64,000 nucleotides of DNA, taken from contig OX597815.1 in the NCBI GenBank assembly GCA_951406725.2, positions 42,594,001 through 42,658,000 of the forward strand. Direction: 5' to 3'. Origin of the DNA: Octopus vulgaris. Lineage: Eukaryota. Below, piece by piece: positions 1-13,983 of the stretch. The notes beneath the pieces are model-generated. The model ran no database searches and had not been told where the DNA came from. It saw only the letters and a program-made list of their open reading frames with translations. Numbering within the stretch: position 1 is the stretch's first letter; each line of letters opens with the position of its first letter. The translations under genes were made by a program, and so were the position numbers.

Positions 1-98
1 AAATTTCATAACGATTTCCTTTATATTCGCATGATCTGTTCAAATACTTACATACCACTTGAATTCATACTTCCTGCCAATATCTATAAGTATAGACA

Positions 99-303
99 CG
101 GCAGCGAGCTGGTAGAATCGTTAGCAAGTCGGGTAAAACTCTTAGTGGTATTTTTACGGCTCTATACATTCTAGGTTCAAATTCTGATGACGTCGACTTG
201 ACTTTTTATCCTTTCGGATGAAAGTATCAGTTTAACCTTGGAGTCGATGTAATCAGCAGCCCCTTCTCACAAAATTTCAGACCCTGTGCCTATAGTAGAA
301 AAT
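99..303 (+). mobile_element. tRNA-derived SINE, family A (head GGCGGCGAGCTGGCAGAATCGTTAGC; central GCCTTTCATCCTTTCGGGGTCGATAAA domain)
   Basis: Matches many other copies in the window. Flanked by the direct repeat TATCTATAAGTATA (81-94 and 304-317), interpreted as a TSD. Confidence 0.8.
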
Positions 304-2114
304 TATCTATAAGTATAAAAACAGCCTGTTTATGACAGTATTGTATTAAAGCACCATTTATGTTAACCATGTTCATTATAGTACTTTTTTTAGTGCTTGT
401 GAAATAGTTTCTTTATTGAACTAACGTGAGGGCAAAACTGGTGTAGAGAAAGGTTCACACTTGATATTACATCCTGATTGGAGGTAAAAAATATAAATGA
501 TAAAAATCGTCTTGACGCGGGCAAATAGATTTCAGCCAACCTTTTTCCCTTTTCTGGCAATATCGAACATGTCTAACCCTATCATTTCATTTATTACTTA
601 ACTATGATAATTGAACGTTTCTCGGCGCAGTAGTTCCGTACAAGTTAAGGAAAACTATGTAAAAGACAATAATAGTATGAGGATTTAGTATGCCTTTGAG
701 TGAAATTCAAATTTAAAATTTTAAATCGCTTCCAGTCTTCATACAATGCTGTCACTAGTAACTATTAGATTTATTGAAATGCGCTGATATTGTTAAGACC
801 AAAACAAAAAAAAAAAAATGGTAAAAAAATCCTTCGGCTAATGTTTCAATATTCAGCATTAAACTGGTTAGAAAAAGAAAATCTTTAATAAATTTGGTTC
901 GCAATTTGTTGTCAAAGAATTCTGTCATGTGTCAAATAATCCTGCAATAATAGACTTTGCTGGATTTTAGTTGATATAATTATTTTCATTATGTCGCTAC
1001 AGCGTTGTTAAGTACTATTACACAGTGTGTGCAAAATTATTACGATATTTGTTTCATCATTCTACCGAATTGACTTGATGACATCCAGGTCTGGAGTCAA
1101 TCTCATAATAAACACTCTACGTTGTTATAGACGCTTCGTAACGGTACTCTTTTAGATAGACTGCGAAACAAACCCATCAAGTCTCACGCTCCAATTTAAT
1201 ATGTTCTAACGTTTCAACATAATGTTATGCTGGTCCTGCTAGACTGCCAAGTAAGCAAAGCAAGTGTGTTCTGTCTGATTTGTTCTTGTCAATGGATAAG
1301 CTGAAAGATTGACAACTCACTGGACATTGTGATCCATACGTGCGAATTGAATTGTACAACCAAGTTTAACAGTGCAATAAGTGTTAGTGAAGACGATTTT
1401 TTTTAAAATAAAAAATATTACTCTAGTTTATTACTTTTTGTGGTGGTGGCGGATAACATCCAGTCAGATATGATCACCATAGGGTCAATAATGTATTATC
1501 TGTCTATAGGTACTCATGATTGCATCAGAATTAAAAAATAAATGGCCATGACAGGATTTAAACTCAAACTTTTGAAGTTAAATAAACGAAAATCCTCCTA
1601 CACACTTAGTTGAGCCCCATAGTTGAGTGTTAAGCTGGATTTTTTAACCACGTCACTCGAACCTTGTTAGTCAGTATCCGAGCGATGACTACACACTTTA
1701 TGTTTAATTTCACCAATAGTGTCTCATAAATGCTGTTTCACTGAATAATGAAACTTGTAAATTGAAATAAGTAATATTTGAATAGAATATGTATTATTTC
1801 ATTAATATCAAATCACAAATGGTAACAAGCAGCATAGAGTTGACAAAAGTTCCTGCAAGTCGAACCTGCGGGTTTGCGTTGAAGGATTTCGCTTCAGTAC
1901 CGATATCTATGAAAGGCATGAATCAGCAATGCAACTTCATTTATTTCTCCCCAAAATCTCAAAACTTATATCCTATACAGAAAATTTGAGATCAGATTTT
2001 CTATTATTCTTCATTTGATGGCATGTTCATACTTTTACTAAATATTGTAGAAGGTTGGTGGATTGGCAAATACGTCAGAGCATCGGAAAACTTCTTGTCT
2101 CATAAAGTTTACTA

Positions 2115-3575
2115 GATAGGGTTGAACGCAAGATGGTTAAATTTTTAACGATCGAAAAATCAAAATATTGAAGGTTAGAAAAACCGAAAAGTCAGGATAC
2201 CAAAATAATGTTAAAAGATATTTCTTTACAGTTTTAATGGGGAATTTGTTTGAGAAATACGTATATTATGACATTCACTCGTATATTATAGGATTTACTT
2301 GTGGAGGCGCGTGACTTAGTGGTTAGGGTGTTGAACTCATGATCGCAAGGTCGTGGTTTCGATTCCTGGACCGGGCGATGCGTTGTGTTCCTGAGCAAAA
2401 CACTTCATTTCATGTTGCTCCAGTCCACTCAGCTGGTGAAAATGAGTAATCCTGCGACTGATCAGCATCCCGTCCAGGTGAGGAATTTCTACGCCACTGA
2501 AACCGGAAAACCGGCCCTTAATAACCTGGCATGGCTCGAGAAGGAACATTTATTTATTTTTTTTAAATAACATTTACCTAAAATAAAAAATAAAAATTAT
2601 ATTGCAAGGACATGATACCGAAGGCATAAGTGAAAACGTAAATAGATAAGTGAATATTTGCGTAGTTAATTTCTCTCGTCATAGAATATTTTCTCAGTAT
2701 AAACATAAATTTACGAGGCGATCAAAGCACCAAATTTTAATTGGTCAAAATTAGGTTTGTGCACTTGCACGTCTGTCTGTCTTTGTTTACATCCTTTTGC
2801 AGCTTAATACCAACATACAAACTTCTGCTAGATCCACTTCCTTCATTAACCCTGCAGGTTTTGTGTTAACAATATCCTTTGGGATATCCTGTTGGATTAT
2901 TACTATTTAAATGGTTGGGACGTGTAAAAAAAGTGCTCCATTCCGGAGTAAGAGATATCTGCGAAGATATTGCTTCGCAAAAAGACTATAGTAAGCTTAA
3001 CGTGCAAGATGATTGATCTGAGGAAGGCAAGAAGAAGTACATAAAAAATTATTATTATTAGTGGTGCTGCAAGAAGAAAAACAAAAAAGAAAAAAAAAAG
3101 AAAAATTGCGTAATTGCTAGAGGTCGAGCAATAAGTAAACTTTTAAATGGATAGCATATACTGACTACCAAAATTCGCAGAGCACAAACACTTTTCTGAT
3201 GCAATTACACTGACTTTTCAGAGATCGTAGACGATGGTGGAAACGCAAATAATAAATTTAAAAAATGCAAGAAATCTCCCCATCCCACAAATCACTCAGC
3301 TTTATTCGATTTCTTTCCCTCCCTACATAGCGGTATGTCTGCTTTCAAAACAGAAAATAAAATGAATTCAACATGTCGATATTTACGACCCGCTTTGAAA
3401 CTGTAAATAAAAGTCTTTTCAAATAGTTTTTCATATTCTTCTTTAAAACATTTCAAAACTTTGGTATTCTAAATTTTAGGTCTTCTAAAGTATTCGATGG
3501 TCCTAGTTCTTTTAGTTTTAAAGCTTTCGGTATTCTCATTTTTCGGTCATTCCAAATTCGGCTTTCTGATCAGCA
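2115..3575. mobile_element. possible degenerate DNA transposon with subterminal repeats
   Basis: CGAAAA/ACCGAAAA-type motifs at 2150-2210 are mirrored by TTTCGG/TTCGGTATTCT motifs at 3460-3570. No recognisable transposase. Confidence 0.3.
2301..2560 (+). mobile_element. tRNA-derived SINE, family B (GTGGAGGCGCGTGGCTTAGTGG head, CORE-like GTGTTCTTGAGCAAAACACTT, (ATTT)n tail)
   Basis: Pol III A-box (TGACTTAGTGG) and B-box (GTTTCGATTCC); homologous to copies at 3713, 31547 and 37731. Confidence 0.8.
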
Positions 3576-3712
3576 GTCTCAGAAAAAAAAATGGCTTCTG
3601 GTATTGGTTCCATATTTTCAAGTTTTGGGTTCAAATCCCGTTGAAATAAACTTTGTTTTTCATCCTTTCAGGGTCGATAAAATAAAGTACTAGTCAAATA
3701 CAGTGTCGATTA

Positions 3713-3960
3713 TGGAGACGCGTGTCTTAGTAGCACTCATGATCGTAAGATTGTGGTGTCGATTCTTGGACCGGGCAACGCGTTGTCTTCTCGAATAAAA
3801 TGCTTCATTTCACGCGTTGCTCCAGTCCACTCAGCTGGCAAATATGAATAATCCTGCGACGGGCTAGCCCCTCTCCCGCCACCTGCGGATAGTGTAAAGT
3901 ATACGCCACAAAATCTGGGAAACCGGCCTCATGAGCTTAAAGCTCGGGAAGGAGCTTTGA
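3713..3960 (+). mobile_element. SINE family B copy, preceded by a partial family A copy (3600-3712)
   Basis: Sequence similarity to 2301-2560. Confidence 0.7.
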
Positions 3961-4529
3961 TCTTTGACAGTGTTAATTAACTGACTACGCCCACCCAGCA
4001 CCACACAATCACCAAAAGTTTTAAACTATTTCAAGTAGTTGAAAGATAGTGGACTGGCAAAATCAGTAAATTGTCAGGGAAAGTACCTTGCAGTAGTTTT
4101 TTCTGGCTCTTTGCATGATGAGGTTGCCATTCATATATCTTGGATAACAATCTCCTTTATGTTTTTAAAAAGTATGGTGCAAGTTGAGGAAATGTTGATG
4201 CAATTTCTAGGTAGTCATGTGACTACGTAGATGCTCCCTTATTGGCCTGTATACAGTATAGTTATCCATGCTGCTGTTAATAACGTTTTGAAGGTTGTCT
4301 TTATTTCTAATGCTTCAGCTATTGTTGTTGTTGTAACTATAGTTTTTATGGCTATCGTTGCGGCTATTGCTTTTAGTGTTGTTAAATTTCAGGTCAATCC
4401 CGATCAAGCAGGCTTATGATTTAAGGCATTCCAGCCGTGATCATACCGTTTACTTTTGTTTTGATTTCAGGCTTAGTGTACTACAATTGCTTGGTATATA
4501 ATATTCCTTTTAAAGGCAATAGAGTGCAA

Positions 4530-4952
4530 GCGGCATTTCTTTCAGCTTTACGCCGAGGTCAACTTTGCCTTTCATCCTTTCGGAGTGGATAAAATAAATG
4601 CCAGTTGAGCGCTGTGGTCAATGTAATCGACTAGCCCTCCCCACCAAATTTTAAGCTTTGTGCCTAGAGTACAAAAAATATAATAAATAAAAAGGAGACA
4701 AAAGAATGTAATATGAAGACAGGTGGTGAGCTGGCAGAATAGCAATATGACAGAATCGTTAGCATGCCGGGCAAAATGCTTAGTAGTATTTTGTCCATCT
4801 TTACGTTCTGAGTTCAAATCCCGCCAAGGTCAACTTAGCCTTTTATCCTTTCGGGTTGGATAAAATTATGTACCAGTTGAAAACTGGGGTCAATGTAATT
4901 GACTTAATCCTTTCGCCGAAATTGCTGGCCTTGTGCCAAAATTTGAAACCAA
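4530..4952 (+). mobile_element. two SINE family A copies (4530-4680 partial; 4722-4952) with different 3' tails
   Basis: Both share the GTCAACTT..CCTTT.ATCCTTTCGG..GATAAAAT..GT/GCCAGTTGA domain. Tails differ: GCTTTGTGCCTAGAGTAC vs TTGCTGGCCTTGTGCCAAAATTTGAAACC. Confidence 0.75.
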
Positions 4953-6039
4953 TATGAGAACAAAATGTAGGAAAGGTTAGCTGCTATCTCTAGCAGGTCG
5001 AACAACCGCGTAGAAGCTTTCTCTCTGACTCATTGCTCTTATGGTGATGCCGATGCTGATGGTTTGTCGATGTCTGTTATTATCACTGGTGAAGTTATTG
5101 CTGTCGTTGTTGTTGTTGTTGTCGTTGTTGTAATCGAGTCACAAGCTACTTTTCAAGTTACATGCGCAGTCATCGTCATCGTTGTCATCATCGTTGTTGT
5201 AGCTTATGTTGCTGTTTCTGTAATTGCTTTTATGTATTTCGCCTCAAGTTAGCCTTGATCAAGCGCTGATCTCTACTTTTATGCATACACGTACATCAAC
5301 ATCAAGGTCTACATTGACGAACACAGCCTAATTTATTTCAAAGGTATAATTTCAAGGTGAGATCTAGCTACTATTTCTAACAGATCAACCAGCATTGCAA
5401 GAGGCTCCGCCGCTTAGTTGAGTCGGTGGAGCACGTGAATCTGTTGCTGCTGTAACATTTCTTCTTTTGTTGTTGTTTATATTGCAGATGTTATTGTTGC
5501 TGTTGTGCTTGAGTACTCATGTTTCTGCTATTTTTGCTGCAGCTGTTGTTGTTGCTGCTGCGGTTGCAGCCATCGCTGCTGCTTCTGCTGCTGTTGTTGA
5601 TGCTGTCAGTTTTTATAAATCATTTTGTATGTTCATGTTGCTTCTATGGTTATTGCTGCTGTTGAAGCTGCTGGTGTCGAAGGCGGGGTGCTGCTTTGCA
5701 TAAATTGCTATATTTATATAATAAAACCACTCACATACACACACACGCATACGTGCACACGCACATACATGTATGCATAAATACACACGCTTACACACAT
5801 ACAAATATGCATGTGCGTGTGAGTGTGCGTGTATGTGTATAAGTATTTATTTATATGCATGTATGTATATATGTAATTATGTACATGCAGATATATATGC
5901 ACGTTTATATGTATGAATATATATGTGTATGTGTATCTATATATATATTATTTATATACATATGCAATTATGCATATACATGTGTGTATGTGTGTCTGGT
6001 ATGAGTGTGTGTATGTGTATGCATGTATGTGTGAGCGTG

Positions 6040-6093
<54 letters not shown>

Positions 6094-7045
6094 GAAGAAT
6101 ATACCATAAACCTGCAGTGAATGGCAACTTTCTAAACTAACACCAAGTTCTAAACTCACATGTTTAAGAATAAAAAGGAAAGGAAAAAAAAATCAGTCTT
6201 CGTTATTTTCTGCAGTTCTTCACACACACACATACAAACCTCTTTACATGCATTCTTACATATACGCACAAATATATAGGCATACTCATAAAAATATGTG
6301 TTGTTGTGCTTCATGGTATGTGTGTGACAATACATGCAGATATGCATACGTATATATACATACACACATATATGCATCTATATGCGTATATATGCATCTC
6401 TATGTTTATGTATTGTTATGCATCTCTATATATGAGCATCTATATGTGTATATATGTATTGTTATATATATATATATATATGTGTGTGTGCGTGTTTGTG
6501 TATGTGTGCGTGTCTGAGTGTGTGCACGTGCGCCTAATCGGTGTAGCCTTGTCAAATGCACTTAGCAACAATTTAATTGCAATAAAAGAAAGAGGCTCAC
6601 TTAAATATGAAATTCGAGCTGTCCACGGGTGGTTTAATTGTAGAAGTGCAGAAAATTATGATGCCTATACCTTTCTGTTGGACATTATCGACGCTATTAA
6701 AATCGCATGTCTACCATTGTGATTCGAAACAGGATAGTGGACACACGTGCTTTACCCCATAGCTCACCTTGTATTTTACCTTCTTTTACGTTTTTTTTTT
6801 AATCTCCTGTCAACAGTTTTCAAAATTCCTTCTCAACTTGTTAAGCAATTTTTGTCATGTAGTAGTAGCAGTAGCAGTAGAAGTAATAGTAATTGTTGTT
6901 GGTCTTGTTGTTCTTTTTCTGTTAATTCTTTGCACCTCTCCCTCCCCCTTACTCTTCAAACCTTTCTTTCTTTTCTGCGCTCCTTTATTCCAAGCGTGTC
7001 TTTTCAGTTATTTTCTTTCCGTTGTTGTTGGTGATGTTGTTACCG

Positions 7046-7085
<40 letters not shown>

Positions 7086-7844
7086 TATTATTATTATTAT
7101 TTGCATTTACATTTCCTTTCTTTCTTTTCTTTACTGTGTAAAAGCTTTCTCTTAATTTTCCGATGTAACATTATACTCTCTCCTTATCTACGGTCAACAA
7201 ACTCGCTCAGCTGACATCCTTCCATTCCTTTTTCCATCGCTATTTATTTATTTTTCTCACTGTCCGTAATTTTTATTTATTTTACTTTCATTTTCCAGAA
7301 TCTCTCTTTCTCTCTCTCTCCTCCCCCCCCCCTCTCTCTCTCTCTCTCTTCCTCACACGTATATATGTGCATGTGAGTGTACGTGTGTGCATGTATGTGC
7401 GCGTGCGTTATTTATTCTTTTACTCTCTCTTTAGACACACACACACACCCATACATACAAATGCACAGTTATCTAACTCGCTAGCTCACTAGTTTTCTAT
7501 CTGTCCGTGCATCCGTCTTACTAATACTTCACTAAGCACTTCCTCTTTTACTCTTCTATATTTCTCTTCTTTCTTTCTCTATCAATCTCTCCCTTTCCTC
7601 TCCCTCTTTCCCTTTCTCTCTCTCTATCTTTCTCACTTTTTCGATTCCTCTCACGCCACCACTTCCCTCACTTCACTCACGATCCACTTCTGTCCATCAT
7701 TTTATTGGCTCTCCTCCCATTATGTTTCATTTCAAAGCCTCCTTTCACCCTTCATAGCACTCTTTTAGGCGGGAGTGACTTCTAACTACTGTATATATGC
7801 ATTTGTTCCATATTGACATCTGCTAAACTTTTCTCTTCCTCAAT

Positions 7845-7884
7845 TATAAAGCATCGTATTAACTGAAACCCTGATTCAGTCAGT
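7845..7884 (+). promoter_or_regulatory. candidate Pol II core promoter: TATA box plus initiator
   Basis: TATAAAG at 7845-7851 and TCAGTC (Inr-like) at 7876-7881, about 33 nt apart, in non-repetitive DNA upstream of the 8705 ORF. Confidence 0.35.
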
Positions 7885-8425
7885 GGACAACATTGCTTCG
7901 GACTTTCTCCCTTCTTTTTCTTCTAAGGAACTGAAGAGCAAAAACAGAAATGTGCAACAAAATCATTACTTCGTCCACATGTGCCACTTACAATAACCTA
8001 TGATAGCCTTAAAAAAATGCATTTTGCGTAGATGCATTTTAAAATATGTGAGCGTGTTGTGGCAGATAATAAGCAAGTACAAAAGCACGTGTGCGCTTAC
8101 GGTTATACGTTCGCACGCACGCACAAACACTCATACTACGTACAAGCTCTCAGTCGTATACGTTCGGCCATACACATTGATATTTACAAAGGCAAGTGCG
8201 CACACATGCCTGCATGCATTCATACGAACAAACATTACGTTACATTACATGCATACATTCTCATATGCACTTCGCGCATGCACTCGCATACACGAATACG
8301 CGTTTTGCCGCCGCCGCTACGATCAGAGCACGCAGACACATGCTCATGCATTCACACATCTACAGACACCGATAAATAGATAGGTAGAAAAAGTCACATA
8401 CACATACATACATACATATATATAC

Positions 8426-8486
<61 letters not shown>

Positions 8487-8704
8487 TATGTATATATGCA
8501 TCTATATATGTATATGTATGCACGTATGCGTGTAGATAAATGAATAAGAAAGGCTTGGTAGTGAATAGATAGACAGGCCTGTAAATAGTAGCTGCAATAA
8601 AGACGAGAAGGAGTTTGGAAAAACAGGGAGTATAGCAAAATAAATAAATAAATAAATAAAAAGAGAAGGCAAAGTACAAAGGACCAAAGGATTTTGGTGG
8701 TGCA

Positions 8705-9135
8705 ATGGCGGCAGTAACAGTCGCAGCGGCGGCCACAGGAAGAGACGTGAAAGGAAAGAGAGATATATGGAGACACATCACCAACGGTGAGGCGTTCGCC
8801 AACGCGAGACAGCAGGAACACGAACAGGCGAAACACCATCTCGTGTTAACACCGACGAATAACCACCTGAAAACACCGCAAGCAGTACCACCATCACCAC
8901 CGCCAACACCATCATCGATATCAACAACAACAACAACAACAACAGCATCGGCACCGTCATCACCGCCGCCACCAAAATCACCACCAGCAGTAACAACAAC
9001 AGCAACAACCATCAACACAACAACAACAGACATCTTGGCGTCATTTACAAAGACAAGGACAACAGTTGTGACAACGACTCAACCGAAAGTTGAAAGCTTT
9101 CATACAAACATGCAGAACGGATCTTTAACCGCTTG
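8705..9135 (+). CDS. putative first coding exon of an unidentified host gene (Thr/Pro/Ser-rich N-terminus)
   Basis: ATG in good context (gcaATGG). Locally GC-richer ORF mixing ordinary residues (GKRDIWRHITNGEAFANARQQEHEQAKHHLVL) with poly-T/P tracts. Candidate phase-2 donor TTG|gtacat at 9135/9136; unspliced ORF stops at 9172. No domain recognised. Confidence 0.5.
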
Positions 9136-9201
9136 GTACATTACAAACTTTTTCATACGCTTCACTAGATAACGTAGATTTTCTTCTAATTGTTCTTCTG
9201 T

Positions 9202-9244
<43 letters not shown>

Positions 9245-9313
9245 TCTATGCATTTAGATTTGTTCACATTGTTTTACTTTGCTAACATTGAAGTCGTCAT
9301 TATATAAGAAACG

Positions 9314-9378
<65 letters not shown>

Positions 9379-9609
9379 TAGTAGTAGTAGTAGTAATAGT
9401 AGTATTTGCTTACTTTACCTTTGTTGTTATTATTAATCTGCTTACTTTGCCTTAGTTGCATGCTTCAGTAACTATATTGCATGACGGGTGCATTTGCTCT
9501 GTGTGTGTGTGTGTGTGTTTGTATGAGTGTATGTGTGTGTGCATGTGCGCTTATTTATATGTATGTGCATGTATGTACATTTATGCATGTGCATATCTAT
9601 ATATGTTTG

Positions 9610-9790
<181 letters not shown>

Positions 9791-10528
9791 GTATGTATGT
9801 ATCTATGTATACACTCACACAATCACACATGTATAAGTACTTGTGCATTTTTTTTTTCTTTCATTTAAACGTTTTGTTAATCTCGCAGAGCAATGACAGA
9901 GTAACAACAAGAAAAAAACAAAAAAACAATAACAAACTACCACAACCACAACACTGAAGATTCTAACGGTAAACACAAGCAAAAAATAATCGTAGCGTAT
10001 AAATGATTGCAAAAAAAAAATAAGTGTGAACATGCATAAAACACATCGAAACATTGTCGTTGATTTACATTCTTGTTACTGTTTTACAATATTTTTTTTA
10101 AATTCCTGTATCTGCTGCTCATGATAATAACGATGATGATGGTAGATTTCATGTTTATGTTTATGTTTATGTTGATACTAGCGTTCAGTGTTAGTATTAT
10201 TGTTGTACATGCTGTAGTTTGTATAGTTCGTTTATGTACGTCTAATAGTATCAGCACGGCGTCTGTGCTGCTACAAGCGCATCACATTAGCTCATCAGCT
10301 GTAAAGCAGCGCCGTTCAGTTTATAAACACATTTCTCCTTTCTTGCACATGTTTTCTTGTGTGGCTGGCTGATAATGTAAATAGAAACACGGGTAGATGA
10401 AACAAATATAAAGCGTGTTGACGTACGCCTCTAAAACACATTCATACGACATATAACACAAATAGTTATGACACATCTAGCATATATCAGCACAAACCTA
10501 ATTGCATGCATACACAAACACACACACA

Positions 10529-10593
<65 letters not shown>

Positions 10594-10656
10594 ACACACA
10601 TATATATATATATATACGATTATTTGGTAAACGGTGCTGAGTTTTACACTTCTGTA

Positions 10657-10753
<97 letters not shown>

Positions 10754-10935
10754 CAAGATTAATGCGTACTAGCAATGGTTATCAAGCTTGTCGCTAATAC
10801 ATAGAGGAGTGGGTTCGATTTCCATGCGTACGGCAAGCCATACTTTTTTCCATCGAGGTCTTATTTGCCCCAGTATTAAACTATTTACATTAGCCAATGC
10901 ACGGTGATCGCTTATAAGCTTTAAGCTTATAACTA

Positions 10936-10989
<54 letters not shown>

Positions 10990-11084
10990 GTTGATGATGA
11001 TTATTATTATTATTATATATATATAGATATGCATACATAAACACACATACACACATATATGAGATGTGTGTGCGTGTATGTGTA

Positions 11085-11115
<31 letters not shown>

Positions 11116-11506
11116 ATGCTATGTATGCAGGCAGGAATGTAATTTAAGCATTTTTCGAAGCATGGATTATGCGTGGATACATGCAACCTTTTATGTATGA
11201 ATATATCGTATGCATAACTTTGTGTTTCATTTGATGAATATGAAATGAATATTGATAGTCTTTGGGAAAGTTCTGTTTCGTGCATGTTTATATGTGCGAA
11301 TGTATGTATGTGTGTCTGCTTCTGTGTGTGTGTGGTGTGTGTGTGAGTATATATATATATATACTAATTACTCATTTACCACAGTAAATGAATTGATTGC
11401 ATCGCAATCCTTAACATTTATGTATTAACTTTGTTGGGTACTTCACTAGCAGTATATTGGATATATATTATCTCATGGAGGGTTGCATTTACAACCCCTA
11501 TCTCAA

Positions 11507-11548
<42 letters not shown>

Positions 11549-11574
11549 AGTATGTATATATGTATATGGCAACT

Positions 11575-11790
11575 GACACTCCGTCGGTTGCGAAACGAGG
11601 GTTCCAGTTGCTTAGATACAGATACATGCAACTGGCTGAGTATTCCACAGATATACATTTAACAGGAAGATTCGGCACGACGCAGGTGCTATTCATTCAC
11701 CAGAGCGATGTGAAATGAAGTGTCTCGCTCAAGAACACAATGCACAGTTGGGTATCGAACCATAGTTTTACATGATAATGAGCCGAATAC
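11575..11790 (-). mobile_element. SINE with family B-type head and alternative 3' module (related copy at 28903-29190)
   Basis: Shares CGAGG.TTCCAGTTG, ACATGCAA.CTGGCTGAG.A.TCCACA and GTGTCT.GCTCA.G.ACACAA with 28903-29190. Confidence 0.6.
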
Positions 11791-11939
11791 ACATGTACAC
11801 ACACACACGTGCGTCTGCAAAAGTGCTTGCGTACGACTACGTGACTGTAATGTATATGTTTAAGTACAAATTAATACGCCTGTGTATGAGAGTGTGTGTG
11901 TATAAATATATAAATAAATATATATGCAAATAATATATC

Positions 11940-11975
<36 letters not shown>

Positions 11976-13358
11976 TATATATGTATGCATTGTATGTTTG
12001 TATCTGTGTTGTGTGCGTATGTGTACGCGTGTGTGTGTATGTGTGTGTGTGCATGTGTGTTGTTTTTGAATGTGCATGTATGTGTGCTAATTTATCCACA
12101 CGTTGTTTTCAGTTTTGGAAATCTGTTTCGTTCATTTTCTACTCTTCATAACCAAAGAATTCCAATGAGTTTGAAGTGATCAAAACGTATGAAACTTATA
12201 ATGTATTAATAAATATATTTAACTTTACTTTTTGAATTATTGAGTACTTCATTTTGCATATCCCTTGGCACATGCAAAACACATACACAAATAAATCATA
12301 CTTCTATATGAAGGACTTTCCGTTGAAAACTATGTATGTACTTCCGATTGTACGTCCAGCAGTACAATGATGATGATGGCAGTTTCTTCATCTCCGAAGG
12401 TCATAAGGATGAGTAGCAAGCTCTCCTGTATGTGAATCGATCGTTGATGTTGAAGGTTTTTTTCTTCCTGCTTGCGCTTAGTTTTAAAGTGAGGGATTGT
12501 CCACTCAGTCCGATCCCACTGTTTAGACTTCGAGGTTTGACCACAGTGGCTCAGCGGGCTAAGACGGTTGCAGTGACCAGCAAGTAGCTTTTACACTGGA
12601 GTGGCTGTCTCCTAGGAGACTTATCTTTCAGTGTTGTAGAGCTCCATCTTGGAGTTTCCTGAATGGTCTCAAAGAGGTCATCGGACCGTCTGAGAAATTC
12701 CAGTCCTTGGTTTGCTGTCAGGATTGAGTTCCCAAACATTTTCCTTTCCCAAGGCGCTCTCAAGGCAGTGAGGGTTTGCACTTGTAGTTTCTAACATAAC
12801 ACATTAATTTATTCATAGCTAGGCCCCTGACTGATGTAACTACACTGGATCGGAGTAGGGAACAATATTAGTCTAAGAGGTGGTTCTACATTCCTCAAAA
12901 CTTGATACTCCCAAACCAGGGCCCAGCCACCGGGTGCAGTTTAAAGTCGTACCCAGGATACAGCTGTACAATATAATCATTCAAATACCATATATGTGGC
13001 CAAGTATTCCGTAGACAAGCAGATTATTAACGTAATACTCAAGAATAATCAACATGATACAATGCGATAAGCACTACATCTTTGAATTACAGGTGGAGTT
13101 CATCCGATGAACTTCCGGAAAGTTTTCATCCACCCAATTTAATTCACAAAACTTGGAGTCGAAGCTTTTGTAAAAGGCGTCTGCTCAAAGTGACACGCAA
13201 TCGTATCGAACTCCTAAACCTCTGGCCTCACGACTCCTAAGCGAACTGCTCATCCACTAGGCCAGGCCATATATGTGGGCATATATATGTATGTATGCAT
13301 GTACATGCATATGTCTTCGTGTGTGTGCATATACCTCTGTGTGTGTATACATATGTGC

Positions 13359-13403
<45 letters not shown>

Positions 13404-13770
13404 CATACACACACACACATATATATATATAGATAGATATGTGTGCGAGCATTCTGGTATGCATATATGTATGAATGTATGTATATATGAATGGAAGTGT
13501 ATAGGTGCATATTACTCCTTGATATGTATGTAGAAGTAATTTAGTAATGTATACGTACTTAACTGTGAACCAGGGCTTTTCAGATATTTTTCTAAACTAT
13601 TTAAACACATAATTCCGTGTATGTGTTTATAAATTCATAGATGCATATATGCACACATACATAAATACATATGCATTTCTACGTATGTATGAGAGCCCCA
13701 GTCAAAGTAAAACATAAAGTTGTATCTTACTGACATGGATATCTTGTCTTTAATTTATATTTTGCACTAA

Positions 13771-13983
13771 GGTAGCGTGCTGGCAGAATCGTTAGCACGC
13801 CGGACAAAATGCTTCACAGCATTTCATCCGTCTGTTCTTTCTGACGACGTCAAATTCTGCCGATTTCGACTTTGCCCTTCATCTTTTCGGTGTCGATGAA
13901 ATAAGTACTGGTTGAACACTAGCTCGACGTAATCGACTTAACCCTCTCTTAAAATTGCTGGCCTAGTGCCAAAATTTGGAACC
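13771..13983 (+). mobile_element. SINE family A copy
   Basis: Head GCTGGCAGAATCGTTAGCACGCCGGACAAAATGC and tail GCTGGCCTAGTGCCAAAATTTGGAACC. Confidence 0.8.

Noticed and set aside
2301-2375. tRNA-like sequences with A/B boxes (also at 26439, 31547, 31802 and 37731)
   Set aside because: These are SINE heads that continue into shared SINE bodies and tails; no intact cloverleaf.
8344-9033. 229-aa minus-strand ORF
   Set aside because: Antisense shadow of the + strand Thr/Pro-rich ORF, running into (TA)n.
12380-12965. GC-richer block with ORF 12551-12781
   Set aside because: Probably decayed RTE/SINE pieces; no motif strong enough for a gene or a definite TE call.
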